A DNA stretch of 57,382 nt, filler included, from Barthelona sp. PAP020 (taxonomy: Eukaryota), in assembly GCA_040182905.1 (NCBI GenBank). It is 3 parts of 3 records of this genome, joined end to end, with 100 filler letters (N's around TTAATTAATTAA, not from the genome) between each part and the next. Parts side by side here need not be neighbours in the genome. Positions count along the whole stretch, not along the records: positions 19,256 to 38,334 come from JARQWU010000213.1; 2 more parts are not named here. One strand, written 5' to 3'. A program made the position numbers and the translations under genes. Every line of letters begins with the position of its first letter. Position 1 is the stretch's first letter. Positions 19,932-31,368 of this stretch are shown here, in pieces. The notes beneath the pieces are model-generated. The model was given only the letters and a program-made list of their open reading frames with translations, did not search any database and was not told the origin of the DNA.

Positions 19932-21707
19932 TCAAGAATTTTCCATTGAGAAAGAAGTGTTTTCACAATTTTCAAAAATGCTTTCATCATTTAAATCATG
20001 AGTATTTGAAGGCTGGAGGGTTAAAGCTCTTCCCATTGCTTTATTTGCAGCTGATAAACAAGGAATTTCGTTCAACAATGGCATTAAAATGGCCAAACTG
20101 GATTCACCATCCTTTGCAACTATTAAAAGCTGAGCTTTTAGTAACCTAGCAAATGGATAATTTGGATAAATATCTAATACATTTTCTATATGTTTCATAG
20201 CTGATAAAAACAGTTCTTCAGATCTTTGATTGTCCAAATATTCAGCCACCAATGGGTCATTCTGTGCTTGTCTTTCAAAAATTTCAAAAACAACTTGAGC
20301 GAAATTGCATCTGACAACAACATATAACTCATTAAAATTGGAAGTGAAACTAATACAATCATTAAAAACTTGCAAACTTTTGAAGAACTTGTTCTTTTTG
20401 AATAAAACAACACCAAATTCATTCAAAAAATTAGCATTACTGTTACAAAACTTTGAATTCATGTTGAAACAAAAGTTTTCTGAAGGTTGAATTGAATTTA
20501 TAAATAACAAACGTTGTGTGCATAACCATGGAATAGGCGAATCTTTAAAGGAACCAGAAATGTTTCTATATGTGGCTAAAGATGTCTTATAATCACTTAA
20601 ATAATAGTAGGCATAACCTAAAAACAAACTAAAGAAAAATTTGTATTTGATAGGTGTAAAATCAAGAGCAAGTAGTAATGATTGAACACATTTATCATTT
20701 GATTCAATTAACAAACAAAAGGTACCAAAACAAAATTGGGTTAGATAATGAGATGATGAAAAATTCTTTTCCAAAATCAACACCATATCATACAATTCAA
20801 TTTGTTTTTTCAACTGAAAACAAGTTAATATGTACAAAATGATCAAATAATGGTCATGCAGATTTTTCTTTACATGAAGTCGGTTGATCTCATTGAAAGC
20901 AGTTTGAAAATACTGTTGTTCCATCAATTGTCCAATATTATGATATTTATCAATGCTGATATCTCCAAATGGATTGATACATTCTAATTTCCGTTGAAAT
21001 GCTGAGGTGAAGTCAAAACGATTGGATTCTTTAATAATTTTTCCTCCTCCTTTATTAATAATCAAAGTAGGTTCAGGTAAAGGTGCTAGACTATGTAACG
21101 GATAATAAATATATGGGGTCATTAAACAAGTCAAGATAGCATAATCACTGGGTGGTAATTTCAATTTCAATACATCAAAATGACCCAATTCATAACCACA
21201 CCACAATTCAATTGCCTCAACACAAAATGGATCATATTCTAAAAGCATAATCAAGTGCTTTTTGGCACATATTGAATTATTCAAATGTAAATATGTTTTA
21301 GCTATCAATAAACGGTCAAAAATAAAATTCTTCTTGCTATCATTCATTAAAGTAACAATTTGAATAATTTCTATATAATTCTTCATTTCATACAAACATT
21401 TCAAATAAATCGACCAATCATCAGATTCAATGGCGTTACTATTTTTTTTACTGTTAATAAACACGTTTTTATAAACATTTATAGCTTCAGCGTACATTTT
21501 ATCGTAATAATATGCTCGAAACAAATAAATTAATTTTGGATTTTCGCAATTCTTTTGAAACAATAACTTTCCATAAGATATACATGTTCCAAATTGATTT
21601 GACAAAAAATAATACTCAATTCTTTCTTCTAATGACGTTTCCAATTGATCATCATCATAATTATGTTGTTCCATACATGTAAAATTCATTTCATTATTTA
21701 AGTTCAT
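19932..21707 (-). CDS. CDC16: TPR protein, anaphase-promoting complex subunit 6 (CDC16)-like, divergent
   Basis: LEYDPFCVEAIE, YRNISGSFKDSPIPWL and FLNEFGVVLFK resemble APC6 motifs; first ATG at 21707. Confidence 0.6.
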   Translation of the reverse strand: MNLNNEMNFTCMEQHNYDDDQLETSLEERIEYYFLSNQFGTCISYGKLLFQKNCENPKLIYLFRAYYYDKMYAEAINVYKNVFINSKKNSNAIESDDWSIYLKCLYEMKNYIEIIQIVTLMNDSKKNFIFDRLLIAKTYLHLNNSICAKKHLIMLLEYDPFCVEAIELWCGYELGHFDVLKLKLPPSDYAILTCLMTPYIYYPLHSLAPLPEPTLIINKGGGKIIKESNRFDFTSAFQRKLECINPFGDISIDKYHNIGQLMEQQYFQTAFNEINRLHVKKNLHDHYLIILYILTCFQLKKQIELYDMVLILEKNFSSSHYLTQFCFGTFCLLIESNDKCVQSLLLALDFTPIKYKFFFSLFLGYAYYYLSDYKTSLATYRNISGSFKDSPIPWLCTQRLLFINSIQPSENFCFNMNSKFCNSNANFLNEFGVVLFKKNKFFKSLQVFNDCISFTSNFNELYVVVRCNFAQVVFEIFERQAQNDPLVAEYLDNQRSEELFLSAMKHIENVLDIYPNYPFARLLKAQLLIVAKDGESSLAILMPLLNEIPCLSAANKAMGRALTLQPSNTHDLNDESIFENCENTSFSMENS

Positions 21708-21793
21708 TTGCACGCTCCACAAAATATAAAATGACTTATGGACTGAACAATCAATTCTCTCAAAAAAAGAGCTTTTTTCCAAATGATTTTTTT

Positions 21794-22315
21794 ATGAGTT
21801 TATTTGTCTCCATATTCTTTCGATTTTATTTTAATTTGTTATATACAATACAATTACTTGTATCTTTCTTTGTTTTTGACGATTTTGAAAATTTTGTATA
21901 TTTAGATTTTGAAATTCTTAAATCAGGATTTTTTTTCACAAAGTTCAACCCTGATCCTAATTGGAGAATTGAAAATTTATTCATTGTGTGGGTTTCTATT
22001 TTTTTAATTGTTTCTATTTTGAATATTGGACTTTTTTTCACTGGTATTTCAATTTATTCGATGAAATCACATAAAAACTCCATAATAGTATATTGTTTCC
22101 TGTGTATTTTTAATGTTTTTGCACTTTTTCGAAATTTTTCATTTGGTGCAATTGTAACTGTCAATTTGTTATCTTTTATTCCTTCTTTTTATGAATTGTT
22201 TGTTAATATTAGAGGAACTTTTGGATATTCAACAGAATTATTGACTGGAAAAAACAAACCACTGAGGGTATCATCACAATTGAGCAACATTGACATTGAC
22301 AGTGATGATGAGTGA
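21794..22315 (+). CDS. TMEM107: TMEM107-like ciliary transition-zone membrane protein
   Basis: 4 TM segments; IGLFFTGISIY ~ LAGFLSGVSMF and SFIPSFYEL ~ SALPAVTEM; ATG at 21794. Confidence 0.6.
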   Translation: MSLFVSIFFRFYFNLLYTIQLLVSFFVFDDFENFVYLDFEILKSGFFFTKFNPDPNWRIENLFIVWVSIFLIVSILNIGLFFTGISIYSMKSHKNSIIVYCFLCIFNVFALFRNFSFGAIVTVNLLSFIPSFYELFVNIRGTFGYSTELLTGKNKPLRVSSQLSNIDIDSDDE

Positions 22316-22515
22316 TCAAACAAAATGATGCTGTGTAAATAGGATATGTTTTTTGTTTTTGTTTTAATTCGATGTTAATTTTTAGAATAAACGCTTTATT
22401 CGTTTCAAAGATCAAAAAAAAATTCAACAGACTTAAATATCCTCTCAAAATTTTAATATTGAATAGAAGAAGAAAAAAATAATTTTTTTTATGAGTAAAA
22501 CAAAAACACCATTAC

Positions 22516-25500
22516 CTACACACTAACCATCGAATCTTCATTTGACTCATCTGTAACTTTTAAATTGTTTTCAAGCACATTATTTTGAAAACCATCATCT
22601 GAAAGACCAGATTCATTTTTTTGAGTCAAAGTTGCCATCAGATCCAAATGTCGATGAATGAGAATCAACAGATCATAAAGTTCTCTCTGTAATTCCAAAG
22701 TGTCCACATCTAAATCTCTCAAATTCTCCAATTGAACACACATTGATAATAAAAGATCTGGATATTTTAATTGCTCGTACGGAATTTTTTCTCTTCGGTT
22801 TGTAAACATTGGCTTTATAAGATTCCATGCAACCAAAACAACTGAAGTATAAAAACCAATAAGCCCACCGCTTGCATACTTCCCCAAAGCTTTTGGGAAT
22901 GCAGGAACAGCTACATACACATAAAATTCACCTAATTCACCAAAAACATTCACTTTCCAATAAGATTTATCCTCATACTTCAAATAAATATCATTATTGA
23001 TTTGAGAAAAAACTGGATCACCATTATTAGGAAAGAATATTCCTTTTGGCAAGATATTTTTCAAAGACAAAGAAACATCAGAAATAGAATCATTGAGTAC
23101 ATTTGCAAGATGAATTCTTTCCTCATTTGTCAAGTCATGTTCAAAAGAAAAACTTTCATCAGCAGAATATTGTTTCTTTACCACACCAGAAAGACGAATT
23201 GGGAATCGAACCTCAAATTTATTTAAATGAACTACAAGTCTTTGTTTTTGAGGTGGTGTTATTTCCCAAACAGATTCAGAATATTGGAAAAACGATATTT
23301 TATACATATCACTCATAACAACATCTTTGAATGTTTGGTCGTTTCTGAAAGTTTCAAATTCTTTCTTCACAATTGGATTTATATCATATTGTTTATTGGT
23401 TAAATATAAAGGCAAATAACTGCCACAACTTATATCCAAAGACATTCCTGTAGGTCTATTCTGAAGCAATCCAGGATTAAAGGTAGAATATAAAAATAAA
23501 GGTCCTACCAGTAATAATAGGAAGAGTAACAGCATAAAACCTGGAAAAACTAAATCTCCTTTCGATTTTTCAAGCTTTTTTTCCTTATTTAGATGTTGAC
23601 ATTTGGCTTGAAATAGTCCAAAATACATATCTTGAAATGTTATTTCCTCATTATAGTTTAATGGGGTCTTTGTACCGAAGTAATCAATAGTAACTTTCAT
23701 TTGATAAACAAAAGGTAATGACTTAAAAATGGAAACACAGAAAGCCCTAAAACCATCCGCTTTTCTAGTTAGAAAACTGTTGCGAACGTGAACAGGGTAA
23801 CCAATAACACTTTGTTTGCAAGAAAGATAAATTGACAACAATCTCAAAAATAAATACAATTGACTAACCACACTGTTGGTGATTAATGTTTTTGTTTGGG
23901 TAGGAATCCAAAATACATTTAAATAAATTGTAATGACAAAATTCAAGCAATTCCATATAAATTTAATAACATTGTGTCTTTTTAAATATAAATATCGTTC
24001 AAGAACAATCGAAATAAATATATATCCAAAATTCATAACCAAAACTGAAGGTAAAAAAGATTCTGTTGAGGTTTTTGAGGGTAAAATGTATTTAAATAAT
24101 AAAATAAAACAAATAATGATTGATAACCCATCGAAACCCAGAATTTGACTGTAAAAATCTTTTAAACCAATACGTTTAACCATTTGTTTAATTCCAAAAC
24201 TAATATAACTATCACTAAATAACCCTTTGGCTCTAAGCCCACTGCGATGCACAAGAAGAACAAAAAATATCACGATTTCAGGTAGAATATGCCAAAAAAA
24301 GTGATTGGTGAGGTAGGTGAACCCCAAAAGGTATCCTAAATTATTTCCAACATACATTTGTGTTGGTATTGCTTGCTGACAAAAATAATCAGTGTAACAT
24401 TGATTTGAAAATCCCCAATCTAATGAAAGATCATTCTTGGAACCTCCCAAATATCCAATACAACTACAAATTACTCTAATTTTTGCAAAAAATTGAATAA
24501 ATAACGTAAATACAACATAATAAAGAACACTGTACCAATATTTTCGAGGAGGGGAATAATTAAACAAGCAAGGAACAATTATTATAATTATTACAAGAAG
24601 AATTGAAAAAATGTTAGGCTTAACAACCACATTAAACAATGTGGCAACTCGTAAAATTGTTCCTGTGTGATTTTGAAGAACAAGTTGAATAATCCTCCAA
24701 AAACTTGGATGAGTAAAAGAACTATCTGTATCACCAATCTGCTGATCAGTATCATTTTCTTGATTGGATTGATTGTCAATAGCATGAACGATATTATATG
24801 TTTCTCTTTCAGTTTCTGTTTCCGGCATATTCAATTGTTCATCCACTTGCCTTTCAGTATCAACTTGTTCATCCAACGCCACTAAAACTTGAGCATCATC
24901 CATTAATTTAGCAACATGAAGTTGCCATCTAATCTTAAATTCATTAAATAATTGATCAATAAAACTGGATTTGGCTTCTGCTTCTTCTTCAACAATCATT
25001 GGGCTATTATCAACATCAACAATTACCTTATCAATATCAACATCATTATCTTGTTTTTCAAAAGACAAAGAGACCAAATTTGAATTCTTTTGGTTGACAA
25101 TATTGACAGCATTTTTTTCAATATTATTGATCTGGTGTTTGACTTTATCAAACAAAGAAAAACTATCTTCACGTTCTTGAACTATTGACGTGGCAATTTC
25201 TTCTTGTTTAATGAGATATCTTTCATAAATTTTTGGTGCCAAATCATCATTGATTCTTTTGCGTTTTCTTTGTTTTTCAACAAATATTCCAAATATTTTT
25301 GAATCAAAAAACATAACAATAAGACTCAAAAGGAAAAAAATAATAATATTAAGGATTAAGCCTTGTTCGAAACTAAACATTTTTCTAAAACTGTCAATCT
25401 TTCTCAAGCCAAGCCAAGGTAAACTGAAATTTAAGAATTCAAGTTGATAAAAGAACATTAAAATGATAACAACATAACTGATAACATGAACTTCTTTCCA

Positions 25501-28500
25501 ATTCTTCAAATTTGAAGGAACACTCAAATTATCATTAACAACCAATACCAAAGAGGAAACAAAGAAAATCAAGGTTATTGTGTCAAATCTAATGGTAGCA
25601 ACAAAAAGCATAAACAACGATAAGAGATTTAACATAATAGGAACAGCAGTTAAAATACTACGTTCAAACATTTTATTGATATCTTTAGAAAATAACACAC
25701 TATTTAAATAGGATACATTTGGAATATCATCAAATGCTATTAAATGATATTCTTCTTTGTAACTGTCTTCAAGAAAAAAGTTTCTGTGTTTCAACAAATC
25801 ATCCTTATCTTCAATAGTACTGGTGAAAAAAAGTTTCTTTTGTTTAATCAAATGTGTATACCCATAACTAATGAATAAAACAATACCAAATGATCCCAAA
25901 AATGTGATATCTTTGGAATGCAAACCTAAAATAGTCTTTGTCCAAAGAGGAAGATAAAGAACATCCATTCTAAGTAAAAATAAAATTAAATACTGAATTA
26001 TAAAACTAAAAGCATAAATAATCACGAATTTAAAATAATGGTGTCTGACAAATTTCGGTTTAAACAAAAATAAAGGACCAACAAATAATAAAGTGATGAA
26101 AGAAGAAATTGTCACTCGTAATAATGAACACATTACAATACCTGTAATCACAATTAAAAAATTAATTTGTAAAGGTAACAAATAAGCGAATTTTTTCAAA
26201 ATATTAAATTTTGAAACCTTTTTCTCAAAAGAATAAACTTTAAATTCATTTCCATTAACAAGAGCAATGGAAAAAATCCATACGTAACTAAAAATCCAGC
26301 TTCCAAACAAAGTTGAATCACAGCAAAAGAAATATGGCATAGAATCAAGCATAATTCTTCTTGTAATAAATCCAAAATTATCTAAAATCAATAAAATATC
26401 AGAAGGAATGATGCTATTGATAATTTTTGTTTGAACAAAAAAATTGATTATCAATAATCCAACACAAATAATTGTATATAACTTAAAAAAGAAAACATCA
26501 TGATTTGGAAAGATAATCCACAAAATAAAAACAAAAATAAATAATATTTTGATTAAATTCATTGAACTGTCAAAATCTTTAAATATCATGCAAATTACAA
26601 AATATTTATACAAATATCGAAAAATATTACAAAAATATGAAAATATTTGCATAACAGGATGTTCATATTTAGAAATTAAAACTTCCCATTTTAATTCCTC
26701 AAAAGTAAATCGTTTATCACCAACAACTATATGATTGAATAAATCAGCATTCAAATTCGAGTTTGAATTGATAAATTCATACCCAATTGGAGAAGAAGAA
26801 CCAATGTCGTCTTCTCTTTCTTCTACTTTGTTTTTGTCATTAAAATTGGTGAAATAATGTAATGAAGCAACAAATACAGAAACTGTAGGGATAAGTCCAA
26901 AAACTCTGGAAATCCAAAACGGATAATAAATTAAACCGGTACTTTTAAGACCAAAATAATGATAAATAATACTATTTGGGGGTAAATCAAGCCAGATATC
27001 AAATAAAAGCTCATGTTGAATAAAATATCTTAGTAAAATAACAATGGTGCAAAAAATCAAAATTAAAAATGCTAAAAATTGATTTTTAACTTCAGTCTCA
27101 AAACTGATTAATACCAAAATGATAAAAAAGATAAGATACGTACAATTTAGATATGATGGAGGAAATCCAATTCCAGCAATAAACAAAAATACTAAAATTG
27201 GAACATAATTATACTTACGAACAAATATTTCTTTTAAATAAGCAAATCTAACCTTAATACTAAAAGGAATACTTAAAATGGAAACATATTCTTCAAAAAA
27301 AGTTTTCCCTCTTAAATCAAGATATCCTTTTGTCAAAAAGGTAAATGCAAAATGTGGAACCATTAAAGCAAAGAATGAATGATCTTGATATCGTAAAAAT
27401 CCAATCAATACCATTGAATATGGTGCATTTCTATTATTCATTACAAGAGATAGAAGATAACCACATAATACACAGAGAGTTCCATAATATTGTAAAATTT
27501 TCCAATATTTCGTATCATTGTTCCCCATTGACAGGGTAATCAATACCGTTATAACCAAATAGGGAAACGTTAAAAATGTTACATGAAAGCAAGTAAAACA
27601 ATATAATAAAAATAACACAATAAAAAACAAATTCTTATTTAAGAAGATTCTAAGATTGTGAAATACACGATTGACAAATCCATTAGATCTTGATTCCAGT
27701 TCATTATTGTTGTTATCATCTGATTCAGAACGTTGCATCTCAATATTTTGTTCATCATCAACATGAATATGCGAATCGACGTCTAAATCTGAAGAAAGTT
27801 CACTGTCATTCATCAATTCAGCATTTATAACGTCTTGTCTATCAATATTTGGTGAAGAACAACTATTCTTGTTGTTCGATTGGTCATATTTGTCTTCAAA
27901 TTCACGTTCTTGTTCATTAGAGATTTGAGGATGTGGGATTGAATACAATATTGATACAACACACATCAAATACAAAAGGTAATGTTGAATTAAGCTATTT
28001 GTAAACAATATACCAAATGGAAATCGATTAAAATCAATGACACTGTCAATAAAATTAATTATGTAGATAATGGAAATTAAAAATATAAGAGAATATTGTT
28101 TTAGATCAAACAAACTTATTATACATGTAATGACTAAAATAATTGAACCAATAATGGAAGGGGAAATAAAAGAATAACCACCTAATAAAGGAATGATTAA
28201 AAACAATGGATTTTTCATCAAATATTCTTCAAAAATATCATTTTTAAAGATAGAGCTGGTATTTTCAATTAAATTTATAAAGATCCATGATAGGAAGAAA
28301 AGAAACACAATGAAAGAATAAGTGTCTTCATTATCTATTTTAAAATTAATTTGAACAGAAATCAACCCCAATTTTTTTAGTTTAATAAAGGAAATACAAC
28401 CAAAAATCAAAAATTTAAATAAAAGGAGAAAAAGTTTGTCAAAGTTTGAAAAATAAAAAGAATTCAAAAAGTAAAAATTTCTTTCAGTTTTCTTTAAATT

Positions 28501-29142
28501 AAAAAACATGTACAACAAATATATTAAGACAAAAACAAATATTATTTGAAATACATAATGCTTGGTGAATGTAGGTAACAACAAAAATAAAGACAAAAAA
28601 GGTAAAAAAAATAGAGACCAAAATGGAGAACCTTTTTTACTTTCATCGTAGATTATGTTTTTCTTTTCAATAATTTCAAAGCTTCCATCAACATAAATCT
28701 TAAATAAATAATATAATAAGTTAACACAAAATAAAATAACAAAATCATTATTAAAATCAATCGTTTTTTTTAATTCAAATTGTTTAATGAAAAAATCAAA
28801 AAATCTATTTGAAAATTTAGTGATTGAATATTGAATTATATTTAAAAGAAAATATATTATGGAAAAAACTAAAGAAAAATCAATTGATTTTATTTTGTAT
28901 TTTTTTCCATCATGATTATATATTTTTAAAGGAAACAATAATAAACAAACAATGTTTAAAAAGAACAATAGACTAACTCGTGAATTAGAATAAACGGTAA
29001 TATATATTATACAAGCTTGTAAGATGGTAAAAATTAATATCCAACTATTACAACTAAATAATAAATACTTCGAACCATTATTTTCTTGAACAGATGATAA
29101 ATCATCACTTAATGGTTGTTGATTGTCATCAATTTGCTCCAT
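22516..29142 (-). CDS. PIEZO: Piezo-type mechanosensitive cation channel
   Basis: ~2200 aa, dozens of TMs; LERYLYL, Q...GYP, PFVYQMKVTIDY (PFEW region), GPLFLYSTFNP, S.SVWEITPP, GLIGFYTSVVL, IPYEQL.YPD.LL.MC; first ATG 29142. Confidence 0.92.
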   Translation of the reverse strand: MEQIDDNQQPLSDDLSSVQENNGSKYLLFSCNSWILIFTILQACIIYITVYSNSRVSLLFFLNIVCLLLFPLKIYNHDGKKYKIKSIDFSLVFSIIYFLLNIIQYSITKFSNRFFDFFIKQFELKKTIDFNNDFVILFCVNLLYYLFKIYVDGSFEIIEKKNIIYDESKKGSPFWSLFFLPFLSLFLLLPTFTKHYVFQIIFVFVLIYLLYMFFNLKKTERNFYFLNSFYFSNFDKLFLLLFKFLIFGCISFIKLKKLGLISVQINFKIDNEDTYSFIVFLFFLSWIFINLIENTSSIFKNDIFEEYLMKNPLFLIIPLLGGYSFISPSIIGSIILVITCIISLFDLKQYSLIFLISIIYIINFIDSVIDFNRFPFGILFTNSLIQHYLLYLMCVVSILYSIPHPQISNEQEREFEDKYDQSNNKNSCSSPNIDRQDVINAELMNDSELSSDLDVDSHIHVDDEQNIEMQRSESDDNNNNELESRSNGFVNRVFHNLRIFLNKNLFFIVLFLLYCFTCFHVTFLTFPYLVITVLITLSMGNNDTKYWKILQYYGTLCVLCGYLLSLVMNNRNAPYSMVLIGFLRYQDHSFFALMVPHFAFTFLTKGYLDLRGKTFFEEYVSILSIPFSIKVRFAYLKEIFVRKYNYVPILVFLFIAGIGFPPSYLNCTYLIFFIILVLISFETEVKNQFLAFLILIFCTIVILLRYFIQHELLFDIWLDLPPNSIIYHYFGLKSTGLIYYPFWISRVFGLIPTVSVFVASLHYFTNFNDKNKVEEREDDIGSSSPIGYEFINSNSNLNADLFNHIVVGDKRFTFEELKWEVLISKYEHPVMQIFSYFCNIFRYLYKYFVICMIFKDFDSSMNLIKILFIFVFILWIIFPNHDVFFFKLYTIICVGLLIINFFVQTKIINSIIPSDILLILDNFGFITRRIMLDSMPYFFCCDSTLFGSWIFSYVWIFSIALVNGNEFKVYSFEKKVSKFNILKKFAYLLPLQINFLIVITGIVMCSLLRVTISSFITLLFVGPLFLFKPKFVRHHYFKFVIIYAFSFIIQYLILFLLRMDVLYLPLWTKTILGLHSKDITFLGSFGIVLFISYGYTHLIKQKKLFFTSTIEDKDDLLKHRNFFLEDSYKEEYHLIAFDDIPNVSYLNSVLFSKDINKMFERSILTAVPIMLNLLSLFMLFVATIRFDTITLIFFVSSLVLVVNDNLSVPSNLKNWKEVHVISYVVIILMFFYQLEFLNFSLPWLGLRKIDSFRKMFSFEQGLILNIIIFFLLSLIVMFFDSKIFGIFVEKQRKRKRINDDLAPKIYERYLIKQEEIATSIVQEREDSFSLFDKVKHQINNIEKNAVNIVNQKNSNLVSLSFEKQDNDVDIDKVIVDVDNSPMIVEEEAEAKSSFIDQLFNEFKIRWQLHVAKLMDDAQVLVALDEQVDTERQVDEQLNMPETETERETYNIVHAIDNQSNQENDTDQQIGDTDSSFTHPSFWRIIQLVLQNHTGTILRVATLFNVVVKPNIFSILLVIIIIIVPCLFNYSPPRKYWYSVLYYVVFTLFIQFFAKIRVICSCIGYLGGSKNDLSLDWGFSNQCYTDYFCQQAIPTQMYVGNNLGYLLGFTYLTNHFFWHILPEIVIFFVLLVHRSGLRAKGLFSDSYISFGIKQMVKRIGLKDFYSQILGFDGLSIIICFILLFKYILPSKTSTESFLPSVLVMNFGYIFISIVLERYLYLKRHNVIKFIWNCLNFVITIYLNVFWIPTQTKTLITNSVVSQLYLFLRLLSIYLSCKQSVIGYPVHVRNSFLTRKADGFRAFCVSIFKSLPFVYQMKVTIDYFGTKTPLNYNEEITFQDMYFGLFQAKCQHLNKEKKLEKSKGDLVFPGFMLLLFLLLLVGPLFLYSTFNPGLLQNRPTGMSLDISCGSYLPLYLTNKQYDINPIVKKEFETFRNDQTFKDVVMSDMYKISFFQYSESVWEITPPQKQRLVVHLNKFEVRFPIRLSGVVKKQYSADESFSFEHDLTNEERIHLANVLNDSISDVSLSLKNILPKGIFFPNNGDPVFSQINNDIYLKYEDKSYWKVNVFGELGEFYVYVAVPAFPKALGKYASGGLIGFYTSVVLVAWNLIKPMFTNRREKIPYEQLKYPDLLLSMCVQLENLRDLDVDTLELQRELYDLLILIHRHLDLMATLTQKNESGLSDDGFQNNVLENNLKVTDESNEDSMVSV

Positions 29143-29252
29143 ATATATATAAAAAAATAAAAGAATATCTTTTTTTTTTTTTGATGTAATTCCTTTATTA
29201 AATGGTAATTTATTTGTCAATTTATTATTAAACAAAAGAAGCGAAAGAAAAA

Positions 29253-30960
29253 ATGAATATATTTACAGAAATGTCCTTGCGAATGGAATTTTTCAATCTT
29301 ACGATGTTTTGAGGTTTCTTGAGCTAAAACATCATATTTACTTTACAATATTTGATATTGATCACAATATACCATTCAAAGAACCTTATAATTATGAAAT
29401 TGAAAACAATAATAATATTGGACCCATACCATTTTGTTTTAAATCTCTTTGAAAATTATTTGGTTAAGCAAAATATAAATAATAGTTTTATTCCCATTAA
29501 TAACAATGAAACAGAGAGTAGCATTTTTCTGCAACTGTCTATGGCCAATTTCACAATTTATCTTTGCCTGAACGAAGTGCTATGTATAAAGAAAGCCAAA
29601 ACAACACACCAGTAAAAGTTATTAGATTTAGAAGAAAATAAATTGAACATCTTTAAAAATTGTTTAATAGATCAATAAGAAAAAAAATGAGACGTTAAGT
29701 GAATTTCCACAAAATTATCATGCCAAATTATTTGAAAATTCGGACACTAAACTGCATTCACTGAAGGTCCTAAAACTTATTCAGAATCGGAAGAAGAAAT
29801 GGAAAGTGAAATTGAAGAAGAAGAAGGAAAAAATGCTGAAAATGATTATATTTCAGTTGTTAATGACACTGAAGATTTTACGTTTGACTGCTCGGCAAAC
29901 GAAAAAATCAAATCAAAAGTTTCCAAAAAAGTAGCAAGTTCTGAGAAGGTATCTAAATCTGAATTTGAATCTCCGTCAAACAATGAAAGACATGCAAAAG
30001 TTGGTGTTTTTTCAGTTAGTGATTTGAATAGCGATGAAGAAAAATAACAGATGACAGGATTCAGGATTAATACAAGTATTGTTGGAACCCATTACTCTTT
30101 TGAAAAAGAAAATCAAGAAAAGAGTTCCTCTTAAAAAATCACAAAAGGAATTGCCTATTATTGAATACGATGATACACCACTAGGGTATGGATTGAATCG
30201 ATATTAGTGTATCAAATTGTGTATTTTTTTGATCAATATGAGGATTTCTCCAATGACAAAATTTCTTACACTGCATTATTTGTTTCAAAATGTATTGTTC
30301 AAGAGCGAAATAAAAAAGTCGACAAAGTACTTCAAAAAATATCTGGAATTAAAAATGATCTGAATGTTGAGGAAATATACTGAAATTGGAATTCAAAGAA
30401 CAGTTAGAAACACCAAAGGATGACCTGAAGGAGAAAGATGAAAATGAAGATAAAGAAAGAAAAGCTAATCTCAAAAATTGCTGAAGGAAAATTTATGAAT
30501 TGTTCAAAAAAAAAAATTGACCAAAGAATACTTGAAACAAAAATTTTAAGACATATAATTTTGGGTCATGATAGATACCACCAGAAATATTACATCTTAC
30601 GGGGTTTGTTCAATTTAATCATTGTTGATAGGTTAACTGAAATTCTAAAGGTCTTTGAAAAAGAAAATTATCATTCAACTGACTTTGATGATTATCTTTT
30701 TGATTCAACAACAGTTATAAAAAACAATTTAAAAGATGAAAAATTTGGGGAAGATTTGAAAGAAAACAATCCAAAATATTTGTTATTCCATGAAAATTTT
30801 ATCAAAAACAAAGAATATCAAACCACTCCAAAGAATACAGAAACTCTTACTTACTAAACAAAGAAGGCATGTTACAAGAATTGATCAAATCATTGGATGA
30901 TAAAAAAAAAAAGAAAAAGAAACTGTGTTAAAAGAAAATGGAAAAACATTTTGATGAAAT
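29253..30960 (+). pseudogene. Disrupted DDT/WHIM(WSD)-domain chromatin protein (BAZ/ACF1/BPTF-like)
   Basis: Fragments in changing frames: GIFQSYDVLRFLE (DDT-like), acidic linker, LRHIILGHDRYHQKYY (WHIM2), MLQELIKSLDDK (WHIM3-like); multiple stops and frameshifts. Confidence 0.65.
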
Positions 30961-31007
30961 TAAAAAAAAAAAAAGAGAGTTGTTTGCAAGGCGATTATTT
31001 TTACCAG

Positions 31008-31368
31008 ACAGAAATTTTCTGTTCTTCCTTTTTTCCTTGAATTTCGAAACTTTACCATCAACTATTCCAAAATTTTTGACCTTTTACAGGTGAACGGCAA
31101 GAAACCTTGCACACTTAGGATGAATTTAAAAGAATTTCGGAGCCTTTGAGCTCTTTTGAACAACTAGTACTGCAAAGAATTTCACATACCGCATAGGCCA
31201 GCTCTCACCGCTGAACAACCTGTGAAATAAAAGAGTTAAGACTGAGAAGTTCCTGAAAGGAACGCTGGACACCCCGATATAAATAAAGATAAAGGTTTTA
31301 TTATTTAAGAATCACCTGAGGTACCAATTCTCAAGTTTGGAAAGTTTTGGAAAACGTTTCGTGCAAAG
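31008..31368 (+). repeat. Dispersed repeat family B, copy 1 (~350 bp)
   Basis: Colinear similarity with 39230-39442 and 57095-57382. Confidence 0.85.

Noticed and set aside
29253..30960. Stop-codon reassignment as an explanation for interrupted ORFs
   Set aside because: Conserved genes terminate at TAA, TAG and TGA at expected positions, and frameshifts are also present
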